Shown piece after piece: positions 12,748 to 20,531 of a stretch of 32,000 nucleotides of DNA. Each line of letters begins with the position of its first letter. Within the stretch, counting starts at the first letter, position 1. The notes under the pieces are model-generated. The model saw nothing but the letters and a program-made list of their open reading frames with translations. It did not search any database and had not been told where the DNA came from. Made by a program: the position numbers and the translations under genes. The DNA lies in the NCBI RefSeq assembly GCF_007748075.1, contig NZ_CP036280.1, forward strand, positions 3,060,001 to 3,092,000, given 5' to 3'. This DNA comes from Mucisphaera calidilacus (GTDB taxonomy: Bacteria > Planctomycetota > Phycisphaerae > Phycisphaerales > Phycisphaeraceae).

Positions 12748-13965
12748 ATGAATTTCATGCGCCGCCACCCCATCACCTGCCTCCTCCTGGCCCTGATCCT
12801 CCAGGGCTGCGCCGACCGCTCCCCCCTCGACACCGGCCTCTCAGATGATGACTTCGTCGCCGAACGCCCGTCCGAATCGTCCACGCCCGAACCACAGGCC
12901 CAACCCGAAACCCAACCCGTCGCCGCCGAACCGCTCCCCATCCGTCTCGACTCCTCCGACCTCGACGAACCCCTACGCCAGCCCCAGCCCCAACCCGACA
13001 CCGCCCGGAGCTGGACCATCGACGGCATGGTCGGGCAGGTCAACGGCCGAGCCATCTACGCTCGCACCGTCCTCGAACCCCTCGAACTGCTGCTCGCACG
13101 CAACGCCCGCGAACTCGACGCCCGCGCCTTCGAACGCGAGGCCCAGCGGGCCGTCGCCCAGCGACTCCGCGAGATCGTCCAGAACCGACTCATGCTCGCC
13201 TCCGCCGAACGCGACCTCAACGAGCAGCAACGCATGATCCTCGACGCCACACTCCGCTACCAACGCGACGAACTCATCCGGCAGTACGGCCGAGGATCGC
13301 TCGCCGTCGCCGAACAGCAGCTCATGCTCCGCGAAGGACTCACCCTCGACGAAAAAATCGAGGAGTACCGCCAGCAGTTCCTCATCCGGGGCTTCCAGGT
13401 CAAGCACCTCCGACCCATGATCAACGTCCGACGACACGACATCGAACGCTACTACCGCGAGCACTACGACGACTACAACCCCCCCGTCGAACAGACCATC
13501 CGCATGATCCGCGTCAGCGACGAAAAACAGGCCGAACGCGTCCTCCTCGCGCTCGCCTCCGACTACACCTTCGAAGAAGTCGCCAACACGCCCGTCAACC
13601 AGATGCTCGGCGGCGGACGCTTCGACGGGCTCATCGGCGAACAACCCCTCAAAGACCCCATCCTCAACGAGGCCATCGCCAGCCTCGAATCGGGCGACTG
13701 GGCCGGACCCATCGTCCTCGACAACCAGTACACCTTCATCGAACTCGTCGAACGCCACGAACCCGAAGCACAAACCCTCACCGAAGCCCAACGCGAGATC
13801 CGCGAGGCCCTCGTCTCCCGACAACTCCGCACGCTCTCCACCGAGTACCAGCAGAAACTCATGACCGGCTCCAACTACACGCCCGTCGAGCAGATGCTCA
13901 ATGTCGTCATGGACATCGTCATGACCCGCTACGCCATCACTACCACCACCGCCGCCTCACCATGA
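12748..13965 (+). CDS. Lipoprotein with SurA-like N-terminal region and parvulin-type (PpiC) peptidyl-prolyl isomerase domain
   Basis: Signal peptide plus lipobox MNFMRRHPITCLLLALILQGC. Pro/Gln/Glu-rich linker. Parvulin-like block IRMIRVSDEKQAERVLLALASDYTFEEVANTPVNQMLGGGRFDGLIG...GDWAGPIVLDNQYTFIELV. The track start is 12715, but codons 12715-12747 have atypical A/T third positions, so I prefer ATG 12748. Confidence 0.6.
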   Translation: MNFMRRHPITCLLLALILQGCADRSPLDTGLSDDDFVAERPSESSTPEPQAQPETQPVAAEPLPIRLDSSDLDEPLRQPQPQPDTARSWTIDGMVGQVNGRAIYARTVLEPLELLLARNARELDARAFEREAQRAVAQRLREIVQNRLMLASAERDLNEQQRMILDATLRYQRDELIRQYGRGSLAVAEQQLMLREGLTLDEKIEEYRQQFLIRGFQVKHLRPMINVRRHDIERYYREHYDDYNPPVEQTIRMIRVSDEKQAERVLLALASDYTFEEVANTPVNQMLGGGRFDGLIGEQPLKDPILNEAIASLESGDWAGPIVLDNQYTFIELVERHEPEAQTLTEAQREIREALVSRQLRTLSTEYQQKLMTGSNYTPVEQMLNVVMDIVMTRYAITTTTAASP

Positions 13966-14384
13966 AACGCCTCATCAGCAACGTCCGGGACTGGCTCCAG
14001 GGCCGCAACCACCACCGCATCGGCCAGTCCGGTCGATGGGCCGAACGCATCGCCGCTCAACACCTCAAAACCCGCCGCTACCGCATCCTCGCCACCAACC
14101 TCCGCGTCGGCCGAGGCGAACTCGACCTCCTCGCCCTCGACCCCGACAAGACCACCCACGTCGTCGTCGAGGTCAAGGCCGCCACCAGCGACGCCCCCCG
14201 CTGGCGACCCGAACACCACGCCAACCCCGCCAAGCAACGACAACTCCTCCGCCTCACCCAGCAGCTCATCAAGCAGCGCAGCCTCGGCCACCACCCCTGG
14301 CGCATCGACCTCATCACCGTTACGCAAACCGAACCCGACACCCCGCCCACCATCCGCCACCACACCAACTTCGTCCAGCTCTGA
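13962..14384 (+). CDS. yraN: YraN-family (UPF0102) endonuclease-like protein
   Basis: The pattern GRWAERIAAQHLKTRRYRILATNLRVGRGELDLLALD...HVVVEVKA matches the YraN/restriction-endonuclease-like core (GE.D...E.K). ATGA overlap with the upstream gene at 13962-13965. Confidence 0.8.
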   Translation: MKRLISNVRDWLQGRNHHRIGQSGRWAERIAAQHLKTRRYRILATNLRVGRGELDLLALDPDKTTHVVVEVKAATSDAPRWRPEHHANPAKQRQLLRLTQQLIKQRSLGHHPWRIDLITVTQTEPDTPPTIRHHTNFVQL

Positions 14385-14388
14385 CCCG

Positions 14389-16044
14389 TCAGACGCCCAG
14401 CGCCTCAGCCATCACCTGGCGGAACACGCCCACCGGCGCCGGGTGCTGCGTCCACAACTCAAACTGACCCGCCGCCTGACGCACGAACATCTCGTCACCC
14501 GTCACCACCCGACACCCCGCCGACGCCGCGTCCACCAGCAGCCGCGTCATCCGCGGGTTGTAGATCGTGTCAAAAACCACCCTCGGCCGACCCCGACCCT
14601 CGAACAGCTCAGGCGACGCCGGACTCACACCCACGTCCGGATGCATCCCCACCGACGTGCAGTTCACCACCGCGTCGCAGCCCTCCGCGCACAACACGTC
14701 CATCGGCTTCGCCGACACCCGCGCCGACCCGCCCGCCATCGTTGCGCCGCCGTCAAACGCCGAAGCCAACGCCTCCGCCCGCGCCGCCGTCCGGTTCACG
14801 ATCACCACCTCGGCCCCCGCGTATGCAAAACCGGCCACCAGCGCCCGCGCCACGCCGCCCGCACCCAGCACCGCCACACGAAGCCCACGCAACCCCTCCC
14901 ACGTGATCTCCAACCCGTCGCACAACGCGTCCAGCGCCGCCGCGTAATCCGTGTTGCTCGCGTACAACGAGCCGTCTTCACGAACCGTCAGCGTGTTCGC
15001 CGCTGCGATCCGCGACGCCAACGCCTCAATCTCGCCACCACGCTCCGCCACAAAACGCAGCAGGTGCTCCTTGTGCGGCAGCGTCACCGACGCCCCGCAA
15101 AAATCCAGCTTCTCGTGGTCCAGCCACGCGCCCACACTCGCCTTGAACGGCTCATAACCCGGCGCGACCGGCAGCGGCAGGTAAACCCCGTCGAACCCGA
15201 AGTCCACCGTCCCCGTATCACGGGTCAGCGACGACGGGTCCGGATGGACCGCGTCAAAACCCGCGTTGTGAATCGCCGGACTCAGCGAATGCCCCACGGG
15301 ATGACCGATCACGCCGAACACCTTCGTCTCCGGCCCGATCCGGTCCCAGCGGTACAACCGCTTCATCTGCTCAAGCGTCGGCTGACCCGGCGCCGTCCCC
15401 GATGCCGCGTCCAGCGACGCAAACGTCAGGTGCGCCCCGAACTTCTTCGCCAGCACACGCGAAGGCAACCCGAACTCACCCATGCACAAAGCGATCGTCG
15501 GCTTAGGCGTCTCCGCCGACAGATCAAACGCCTCCAGGTTGTCACGGATCGAACGCGCCCGCCACGCCAGCTTCACCACACGACACGCCTCCGCGTCCAC
15601 CATCGCGCTCACACGCCGGAGCAGGTCGCTCGGCCGACCCTCGAAATCGTGCGACGACAGAATCAGCCCCGCCTCCACCCTGCGCACCTGCTCATCATGC
15701 TCCACCACCAGGTGAACCTTCTGACGCAGATTCGCCGAGCTTTCATAGGCCTTCAGTTCCACATCCACGTAAGCCGGCGGACGCGTCACCAGTCCCGCCG
15801 CCTCGATCAGGCTGATACGGTCCGTCTCCGCACCGTCGTAGTCACCCCCCTCCCACACCGGCCGGCACGTCAGCAGACAGGGCAGAGGCGAACGGTCCAC
15901 CAGCGTCTTCACCAGTTCGATGTCGTCCGCCACCCGATCCACCCGATACTCCACCACGTCAGCACCACCCTCGCCCGCCAGCATCGCGGCGCGCAAGGCA
16001 TGCTCCAGATCCTCGACCATGATGGGGACGGCCAGTAACGTCAT
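14389..16044 (-). CDS. aroDE: Bifunctional type I 3-dehydroquinate dehydratase / shikimate 5-dehydrogenase (AroD-AroE fusion)
   Basis: The N-terminal half resembles type I DHQase (AVPIMVEDLEHA...GADVVEYRVD...VKLAWRARS). The C-terminal half carries the shikimate dehydrogenase signature VFGVIGHPVGHSLSPAIHNAGF, NTDY, and a Rossmann motif VAVLGAGGVARA. Confidence 0.9.
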   Translation of the reverse strand: MTLLAVPIMVEDLEHALRAAMLAGEGGADVVEYRVDRVADDIELVKTLVDRSPLPCLLTCRPVWEGGDYDGAETDRISLIEAAGLVTRPPAYVDVELKAYESSANLRQKVHLVVEHDEQVRRVEAGLILSSHDFEGRPSDLLRRVSAMVDAEACRVVKLAWRARSIRDNLEAFDLSAETPKPTIALCMGEFGLPSRVLAKKFGAHLTFASLDAASGTAPGQPTLEQMKRLYRWDRIGPETKVFGVIGHPVGHSLSPAIHNAGFDAVHPDPSSLTRDTGTVDFGFDGVYLPLPVAPGYEPFKASVGAWLDHEKLDFCGASVTLPHKEHLLRFVAERGGEIEALASRIAAANTLTVREDGSLYASNTDYAAALDALCDGLEITWEGLRGLRVAVLGAGGVARALVAGFAYAGAEVVIVNRTAARAEALASAFDGGATMAGGSARVSAKPMDVLCAEGCDAVVNCTSVGMHPDVGVSPASPELFEGRGRPRVVFDTIYNPRMTRLLVDAASAGCRVVTGDEMFVRQAAGQFELWTQHPAPVGVFRQVMAEALGV

Positions 16045-16108
16045 AGGGCCACAAGACTAGCCGCTCGATCCCACCGGTTCACCCCGACACACCGTTAGAA
16101 TCCAAAGC

Positions 16109-16741
16109 GTGACCCAAGCCCCACTCCCCGACGACCTGACCAAGGCGACCGACGAACAGCTCCTCGCCGCCTACCGGACCGGCAGCGACCTCGCCTTCGA
16201 GACCCTGCTCACCCGATACGAGCGCGAACTGCTCTTCTTCGTCACACGATTCGTCAAGGAACGCGCCGCCGCCGAAGACGTCTTCCAGGAAACCTTCATC
16301 CAGCTCCACCTCTCCGCCGACACCTTCGACCCCACCCGTAAATTCCGGCCCTGGCTCTTCACCATCGCCGCCAACAAGGCCCGCGACTACCTCCGCAAGG
16401 CCTCACGCCGACAGGCCACCACGCTCTCCACCACCCTGGGCGACGAGGACGGACCCGAGCTCATCGACCTGCTCCAGGCCGACCTCCCCCTCCCCGATCA
16501 GCACGCCGAGGACAACGAAACCCGCGAGAAAGTCCGTCAGGCCGTCTCCGAACTGCCCGAACACCTCCGCGAAGTGCTCCTGCTCGCCTACTTTCACCAG
16601 TTCGCCTACAAGGAAATCGCGGAAATGCTTTCCGTGCCCCTCGGCACCGTCAAGAGCCGGCTCCACGCCGCCGTCGGTACCTTCGCCGATCTCTGGAAGA
16701 CCAGAACAAACCACCGAACCGACGACACCCCGACCGCGTAA
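16109..16741 (+). CDS. ECF-type RNA polymerase sigma-70 family factor
   Basis: Region 2: FETLLTRYERELLFFVTRFV...AEDVFQETFIQLH, FRPWLFTIAANKARDYLRK. Region 4 HTH: LPEHLREVLLLAYFHQFAYKEIAEMLSVPLGTVKSRLHAAV. GTG start. Confidence 0.9.
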   Translation: MTQAPLPDDLTKATDEQLLAAYRTGSDLAFETLLTRYERELLFFVTRFVKERAAAEDVFQETFIQLHLSADTFDPTRKFRPWLFTIAANKARDYLRKASRRQATTLSTTLGDEDGPELIDLLQADLPLPDQHAEDNETREKVRQAVSELPEHLREVLLLAYFHQFAYKEIAEMLSVPLGTVKSRLHAAVGTFADLWKTRTNHRTDDTPTA

Positions 16742-16749
16742 ACAACACC

Positions 16750-17751
16750 ATGACCCAGGACCACCGCTCCCAGCAACAGCCCGACCCGGCCACCCGCACC
16801 CTCTGCCAGCAGGACGCCGACGCCCTCGACGCCCTCATGGAGACCCGGGCCGCCGGCCGCGAAACCGGGCCCATGCCACCTGACACACGCGAACGCACCG
16901 AGCACATTAAACAGGTCCTCAGCCTCCTCGAAACCGATTCACCCCCCTTCCAGGACATCCCCGACGAACTCCGCGCCCGAACCCTCCGCGCCGTCCGCGA
17001 CGCTCGCCAGCGGGCCCAGTTCACCCGGCAGGTCGAACAACTTACCGGCACCGATGGCGGACGCCCCGGCATCCCCATCACCTGGCGACAGGTCCTCGCC
17101 GCCTCCCTCATCCTCGTCCTCGGCGGGTCCATCCTCCTGCCCATGCTCGAGTCCAGCAACGCCGCCGCCAGACAACAGATCTGCCTCTCCAACCTCGCCG
17201 CCGCCGGCCAGGCCTTCGGGGCCTACGCCAACGACCACCAAGGCGTCATGCCCGTCACCGCCTCCCTCGCCCGCGCCGACACCAACACCCAGACGGCCCG
17301 ACCTAACTCCGCCAACCTCTACCGGCTCATCTCAGGCGAATACCTCACCCCACGCCAACTCGCCTGCCCCGAAAACGAACACTTCGACCGCGCCACACAA
17401 GCCAGCATCGCCGACGACAACTGGGCACAGCCCGAACTCGTCTCCTACAGCTACCAGAACCAGAAACACACCACCCGACTCAACCAATGGCCCGCCATGG
17501 CCATCCTCGCCGACCGCAACCCCCTCTACCGACTCACGCCCGACGGCTACCGCTTCGACGACTCCCTCCCCGAAAACACCTCCAGCACCATCCACCACAA
17601 GCCCGGCCAGAACGTCCTCCAGGCCAGCGGCAACGCCAGCTGGTGGACCACGCCCCTGCTCAACAACAACGACATCACCGACAACATCTGGACCGCCAAC
17701 ACCGCTCAGAACCCCCTGCCCACACGCCACGACAGCTTCCTCACGCCCTGA
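16750..17751 (+). CDS. Putative anti-sigma factor: cytoplasmic N-domain, one TM helix, extracytoplasmic DUF1559 / pseudopilin-like (degenerate H-X9-DG) domain
   Basis: Starts 8 nt after the sigma gene stop. TM segment WRQVLAASLILVLGGSILLPML. LPMLESSNAAARQQICLSNLAAAGQAFGAYANDHQGVMP aligns position by position with the DUF1559 pilin helix pattern LPAVQ.AREAARR.QC.NNLKQIGLA...Y.D..G.FP. The C-terminal HKPGQNVLQASG is H-X9-SG in place of H-X9-DG. There is no prepilin G/FTLIE cleavage motif. The anti-sigma role is inferred from context only. Confidence 0.55.
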   Translation: MTQDHRSQQQPDPATRTLCQQDADALDALMETRAAGRETGPMPPDTRERTEHIKQVLSLLETDSPPFQDIPDELRARTLRAVRDARQRAQFTRQVEQLTGTDGGRPGIPITWRQVLAASLILVLGGSILLPMLESSNAAARQQICLSNLAAAGQAFGAYANDHQGVMPVTASLARADTNTQTARPNSANLYRLISGEYLTPRQLACPENEHFDRATQASIADDNWAQPELVSYSYQNQKHTTRLNQWPAMAILADRNPLYRLTPDGYRFDDSLPENTSSTIHHKPGQNVLQASGNASWWTTPLLNNNDITDNIWTANTAQNPLPTRHDSFLTP

Positions 17752-17806
17752 CACACCCTGCCCGACACCATCGCAAGTTTTTCTGGTGTTCAGGGAAAAC
17801 CCGCCC

Positions 17807-17834
17807 TTGTAACGATCCCGGTGTCCGATAAAAT
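17807..17834 (+). promoter_or_regulatory. Sigma-70-like promoter candidate (TTGTAA-16 nt-TAAAAT) for the downstream orphan gene
   Basis: TTGTAA at 17807-17812 and TAAAAT at 17829-17834, with a 16-nt spacer. It lies in a locally AT-richer 239-nt intergenic stretch. It would give a leader of roughly 150 nt before ATG 17991. The Planctomycete promoter consensus is not well known to me. Confidence 0.3.
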
Positions 17835-17990
17835 ACAGTGTGCCATGAGAAGTGGGCTGAATCATCAGTGCTCATGTCGGAAGTACGTAACGACGCCGTA
17901 AGGCGTTCCACGCTTAGAGGCAGGGGAAGAGCGATGGCAGGATCGTCCCGCCATCGGATCGCAGAAGTGTCCTCACAAGGAGGTGACAGC

Positions 17991-18386
17991 ATGCTTGCCC
18001 TACACGCCTTTGAATCCACCGCCAACGAACGCTTCGACGAGGCCTGGGTCCACGCACGACGACGACTCACCCACACCGAACGCATCGAGGCCGACCTGCT
18101 CATCGAGAACGGCCACGTCATCCACCAGCTCATGCCTCGGCTCCTTGAACTCGTCGCCAGCGACCTCCACCACGACGTCCGCTCGCTACGACCCGCGATC
18201 CGAACCATCCTCACCGAACAGGGACTCGTCGAGAACCCCCACGCACGGCTTCCCCACGAACAACGTTCATGTATCGTCTGCTGCTGCGTCGACACCCTCG
18301 TCGATATCTTGCTCGAAGTGCGCCAGATCGCCATCGAATCAGGCCAGTGGTCCGACGAACCCTGCTCCATCCCGATGTACGGCTGA
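17991..18386 (+). CDS. Hypothetical cytoplasmic protein, 131 aa, with CxxCCC cluster; no family recognised
   Basis: Perfect SD AAGGAGGTG at 17977-17985, 5 nt before ATG 17991. Downstream codons show the C/A-ending bias of plus-strand genes. The track's upstream extension (17838-17990) has mixed A/T third positions and looks non-coding. Followed by a terminator. Confidence 0.6.
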   Translation: MLALHAFESTANERFDEAWVHARRRLTHTERIEADLLIENGHVIHQLMPRLLELVASDLHHDVRSLRPAIRTILTEQGLVENPHARLPHEQRSCIVCCCVDTLVDILLEVRQIAIESGQWSDEPCSIPMYG

Positions 18387-18426
18387 CGGAATCAACAAAC
18401 AGGCTGTCAAACGCGGTGATCCGGCA

Positions 18427-18492
18427 GGGCTGACAACGCTCAGCCCGTGATCACGCTCCCAGCGGGCCCCGGCATCATCCCGGGGCTTTTTT
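18427..18492 (+). terminator. Tandem hairpins; the second is a canonical rho-independent terminator with a T6 tail
   Basis: Hairpin 1: GGGCTGA(18427-18433)/TCAGCCC(18440-18446). Hairpin 2: GCCCCGG(18466-18472)/CCGGGGC(18480-18486), followed by TTTTTT at 18487-18492. They lie between the convergent 131-aa gene and gmhA. The T tail is only on the plus strand. Confidence 0.6.
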
Positions 18493-18501
18493 CATAACCG
18501 C

Positions 18502-19131
18502 TCAACCCAGCTTCGGCGGCAGCGACACCGGCTTCACCGCCGAACGCTCACGACTCGCCGCTACCAGATCCCCGTCCATCGCCTCGCACAGCGTGTGATA
18601 CAGCAGCAGGTGCGCCTCCTGAACCCGCGCCGTCACACCGCTCGGCACCACCAGCTCGCAATCCGCCAGACCCAGACAACGGCCCCCTCCCTTGCCCAGG
18701 AACGCGATCGTGCTCAGCCCCAACTCCCGAGACGTCTCAATCGCACGAACAATGTTCTCACTGTTCCCGCTCGTGGTGAACACCACCACCACGTCACCCG
18801 GCTGCCCCAACGCCCGGATCTGCCGCGCAAACACCTCCGCCGGCGGATAGTCATTCATCAACGCCGTCAGCACGTTGTGGTCGGACGTCAGGTCCAGCGC
18901 CGCAAAACCCTCCCGGTCCGCGTCATACCGATTCGTAATCTCCGAACTCAGGTGCGCCGCATCACCCGCCGACCCGCCGTTCCCGCAGCACATCAGCTTC
19001 CGACCCCCCAACAAAGCCTCCAGCACCAGCCCCGTCGCCCGCTCCAGCGGCTCCATCAACTCGCCCAGCCGAGCCTGTACCTCGGCCGAAGCAGCCAGGT
19101 TCGCCCGCAACGTCTTTCGCACATCGTCCAT
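18502..19131 (-). CDS. gmhA: SIS-domain D-sedoheptulose-7-phosphate isomerase (GmhA/DiaA family)
   Basis: Family signatures: CGNGGSAGDAAHLSSE, ALDLTSDHNVLTALMNDY, VFARQIRALGQPGDVVVVFTTSGNSENI, TARVQEAHLLLYHTLCE. Confidence 0.85.
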   Translation of the reverse strand: MDDVRKTLRANLAASAEVQARLGELMEPLERATGLVLEALLGGRKLMCCGNGGSAGDAAHLSSEITNRYDADREGFAALDLTSDHNVLTALMNDYPPAEVFARQIRALGQPGDVVVVFTTSGNSENIVRAIETSRELGLSTIAFLGKGGGRCLGLADCELVVPSGVTARVQEAHLLLYHTLCEAMDGDLVAASRERSAVKPVSLPPKLG

Positions 19132-19168
19132 CCCGCCATCCTATCCCGGCCCCGACCCCGTCGATACC

Positions 19169-20461
19169 TCAAGACTCCAACGCCACGATGTCGTCATACG
19201 TCTCGCGACGACGGATCACCCGGTGCTCCGACCCGTCCACGAGAACCTCCACCGGCCGAGGCAGACTGTTGTAGTGACTCGCCATGCACATCCCGTACGC
19301 GCCCGCCGAGAAGACCGCGACCAGATCGCCCCGCGCCACAGGCGGCATCGGACGACCCAGCGCCAGGTAATCCCCCGTCTCGCAGATCGGACCCACCACG
19401 TCGCAAGGCTCCAGCCCCGGCATGTCCATCGCCTCCAGATGCTCCTTCGGCTCGTGATCCGGACCCACCCGCGTCGGCCAGATGAAGTGGAACGCGTCAT
19501 AAAGCGTCGGCCGGATCAGGTGATGCATCCCCGTGTCGAGTATCACGAACTTCTTCCGCCCGCCCTGCTTGAGATACTGAACCCGCGCCACCAGAATCCC
19601 CGCGTTCGCCGCAATCGAACGACCCGGCTCCACGATCACCGTACCCCCCGACGCACGAAAATCACGCAGCAGCGGCACAATCACCCGCGCGTAATCCGCA
19701 TAGGCAGGAGACTGACCCGACACGTAATCCGTGCCATAACCGCCCCCAATGTCCAGCGCATCAACCGTAAAGCCATCCTTCTTCAGAACCTCGATCAGCT
19801 CCAACGCCTTGGTCACCGCACGCTCGTAAGGCGACGTCACATACACAGGCGAACCGATGTGCAGGTGCAACGCCGTCAGCCGAAGGTGCTCGTCACGCCC
19901 GTACCGCTCGAAAAACCGACGGGCGCGATCAATATCCACCCCGAACTTCGACTCCTTCTTCCCCGTCGTCGTCTTCTCGTGAGGGGTCTCGGGATCCACG
20001 TCCGGATTGATCCGCAACGCACCCCGCGCCGTCCGGCCCATCCGCTTGGCGATCGACGCGATGTTCTCGAACTCCGCCTCCGATTCAATATTGAACCATC
20101 CGATCCCCGACTCGATCGCGTCCGCGATCTCATCATCCGTCTTGCCCACGCCCGCATACACCACCTTGGTCAGGTCCGTCCCCGCCAGCTTCGCCCGATG
20201 CAGTTCACCGCCGGACACCACGTCCATGCCCGAGCCCGCCTCGGCCAGAAGACGACATAAATTCAGATTACTGCAGCTCTTAATCGAGTAACAGATAATC
20301 GGATCCAGCTCCGAAAACGCCTCACGCAGCTCGTTGAACCGCCCGAGCAACGCCGCCTTCGAATAGACATACGCCGGGCTGCCCGTCGCCTCCACCAGAC
20401 CGTCCACCGGACAGTCCTCAACGTGCAGACGACCGTCGCGGTAGGTGAAAAAATCGATCAT
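19169..20461 (-). CDS. lysA: Diaminopimelate decarboxylase
   Basis: Fold-type III PLP decarboxylase pattern: AYVYSKAALLGRFNELREAF...ICYSIKSCSNLNLCRLLAEAGSGMDVVSGGEL, HLHIGS, DIGGGYG, EPGRSIAANAG, CETGD, SAGAYG. I prefer ATG 20461 (MIDFFTYRDGRLHVE) over the track's TTG at 20527, which would leave only 4 nt to the divergent gene. Confidence 0.9.
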   Translation of the reverse strand: MIDFFTYRDGRLHVEDCPVDGLVEATGSPAYVYSKAALLGRFNELREAFSELDPIICYSIKSCSNLNLCRLLAEAGSGMDVVSGGELHRAKLAGTDLTKVVYAGVGKTDDEIADAIESGIGWFNIESEAEFENIASIAKRMGRTARGALRINPDVDPETPHEKTTTGKKESKFGVDIDRARRFFERYGRDEHLRLTALHLHIGSPVYVTSPYERAVTKALELIEVLKKDGFTVDALDIGGGYGTDYVSGQSPAYADYARVIVPLLRDFRASGGTVIVEPGRSIAANAGILVARVQYLKQGGRKKFVILDTGMHHLIRPTLYDAFHFIWPTRVGPDHEPKEHLEAMDMPGLEPCDVVGPICETGDYLALGRPMPPVARGDLVAVFSAGAYGMCMASHYNSLPRPVEVLVDGSEHRVIRRRETYDDIVALES

Positions 20462-20531
20462 GCGGACGCTCCCAAAAAGAGACTGAGGCGGATCATACCA
20501 CCGCACTTTGTAGACGATATTATGCAAGTCT

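Noticed and set aside
14443-16038. 531-aa plus-strand ORF
   Set aside because: Antisense to the aroD-aroE fusion. Arg/His/Pro/Gln-rich artefact.
16045-16108. Possible autoregulated ECF promoter (GGTTC ... CGTT) upstream of the sigma gene
   Set aside because: The spacer is only 12 nt and the -35-like element does not match GGAAC/GAAC-type ECF consensus. There is not enough evidence to call it.
17845-17901. 18-codon upstream ORF (MRSGLNHQCSCRKYVTTP) in the leader of the orphan gene
   Set aside because: No SD, mixed codon usage and too short to evaluate. I mention it only as a possibility within the leader finding.
20462-20527. 22-codon N-terminal extension of lysA from a TTG start
   Set aside because: It would leave only 4 nt between divergent genes. 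The extension (MHNIVYKVRWYDPPQSLFGSVR) has atypical codons. ATG 20461 gives a normal LysA N-terminus.
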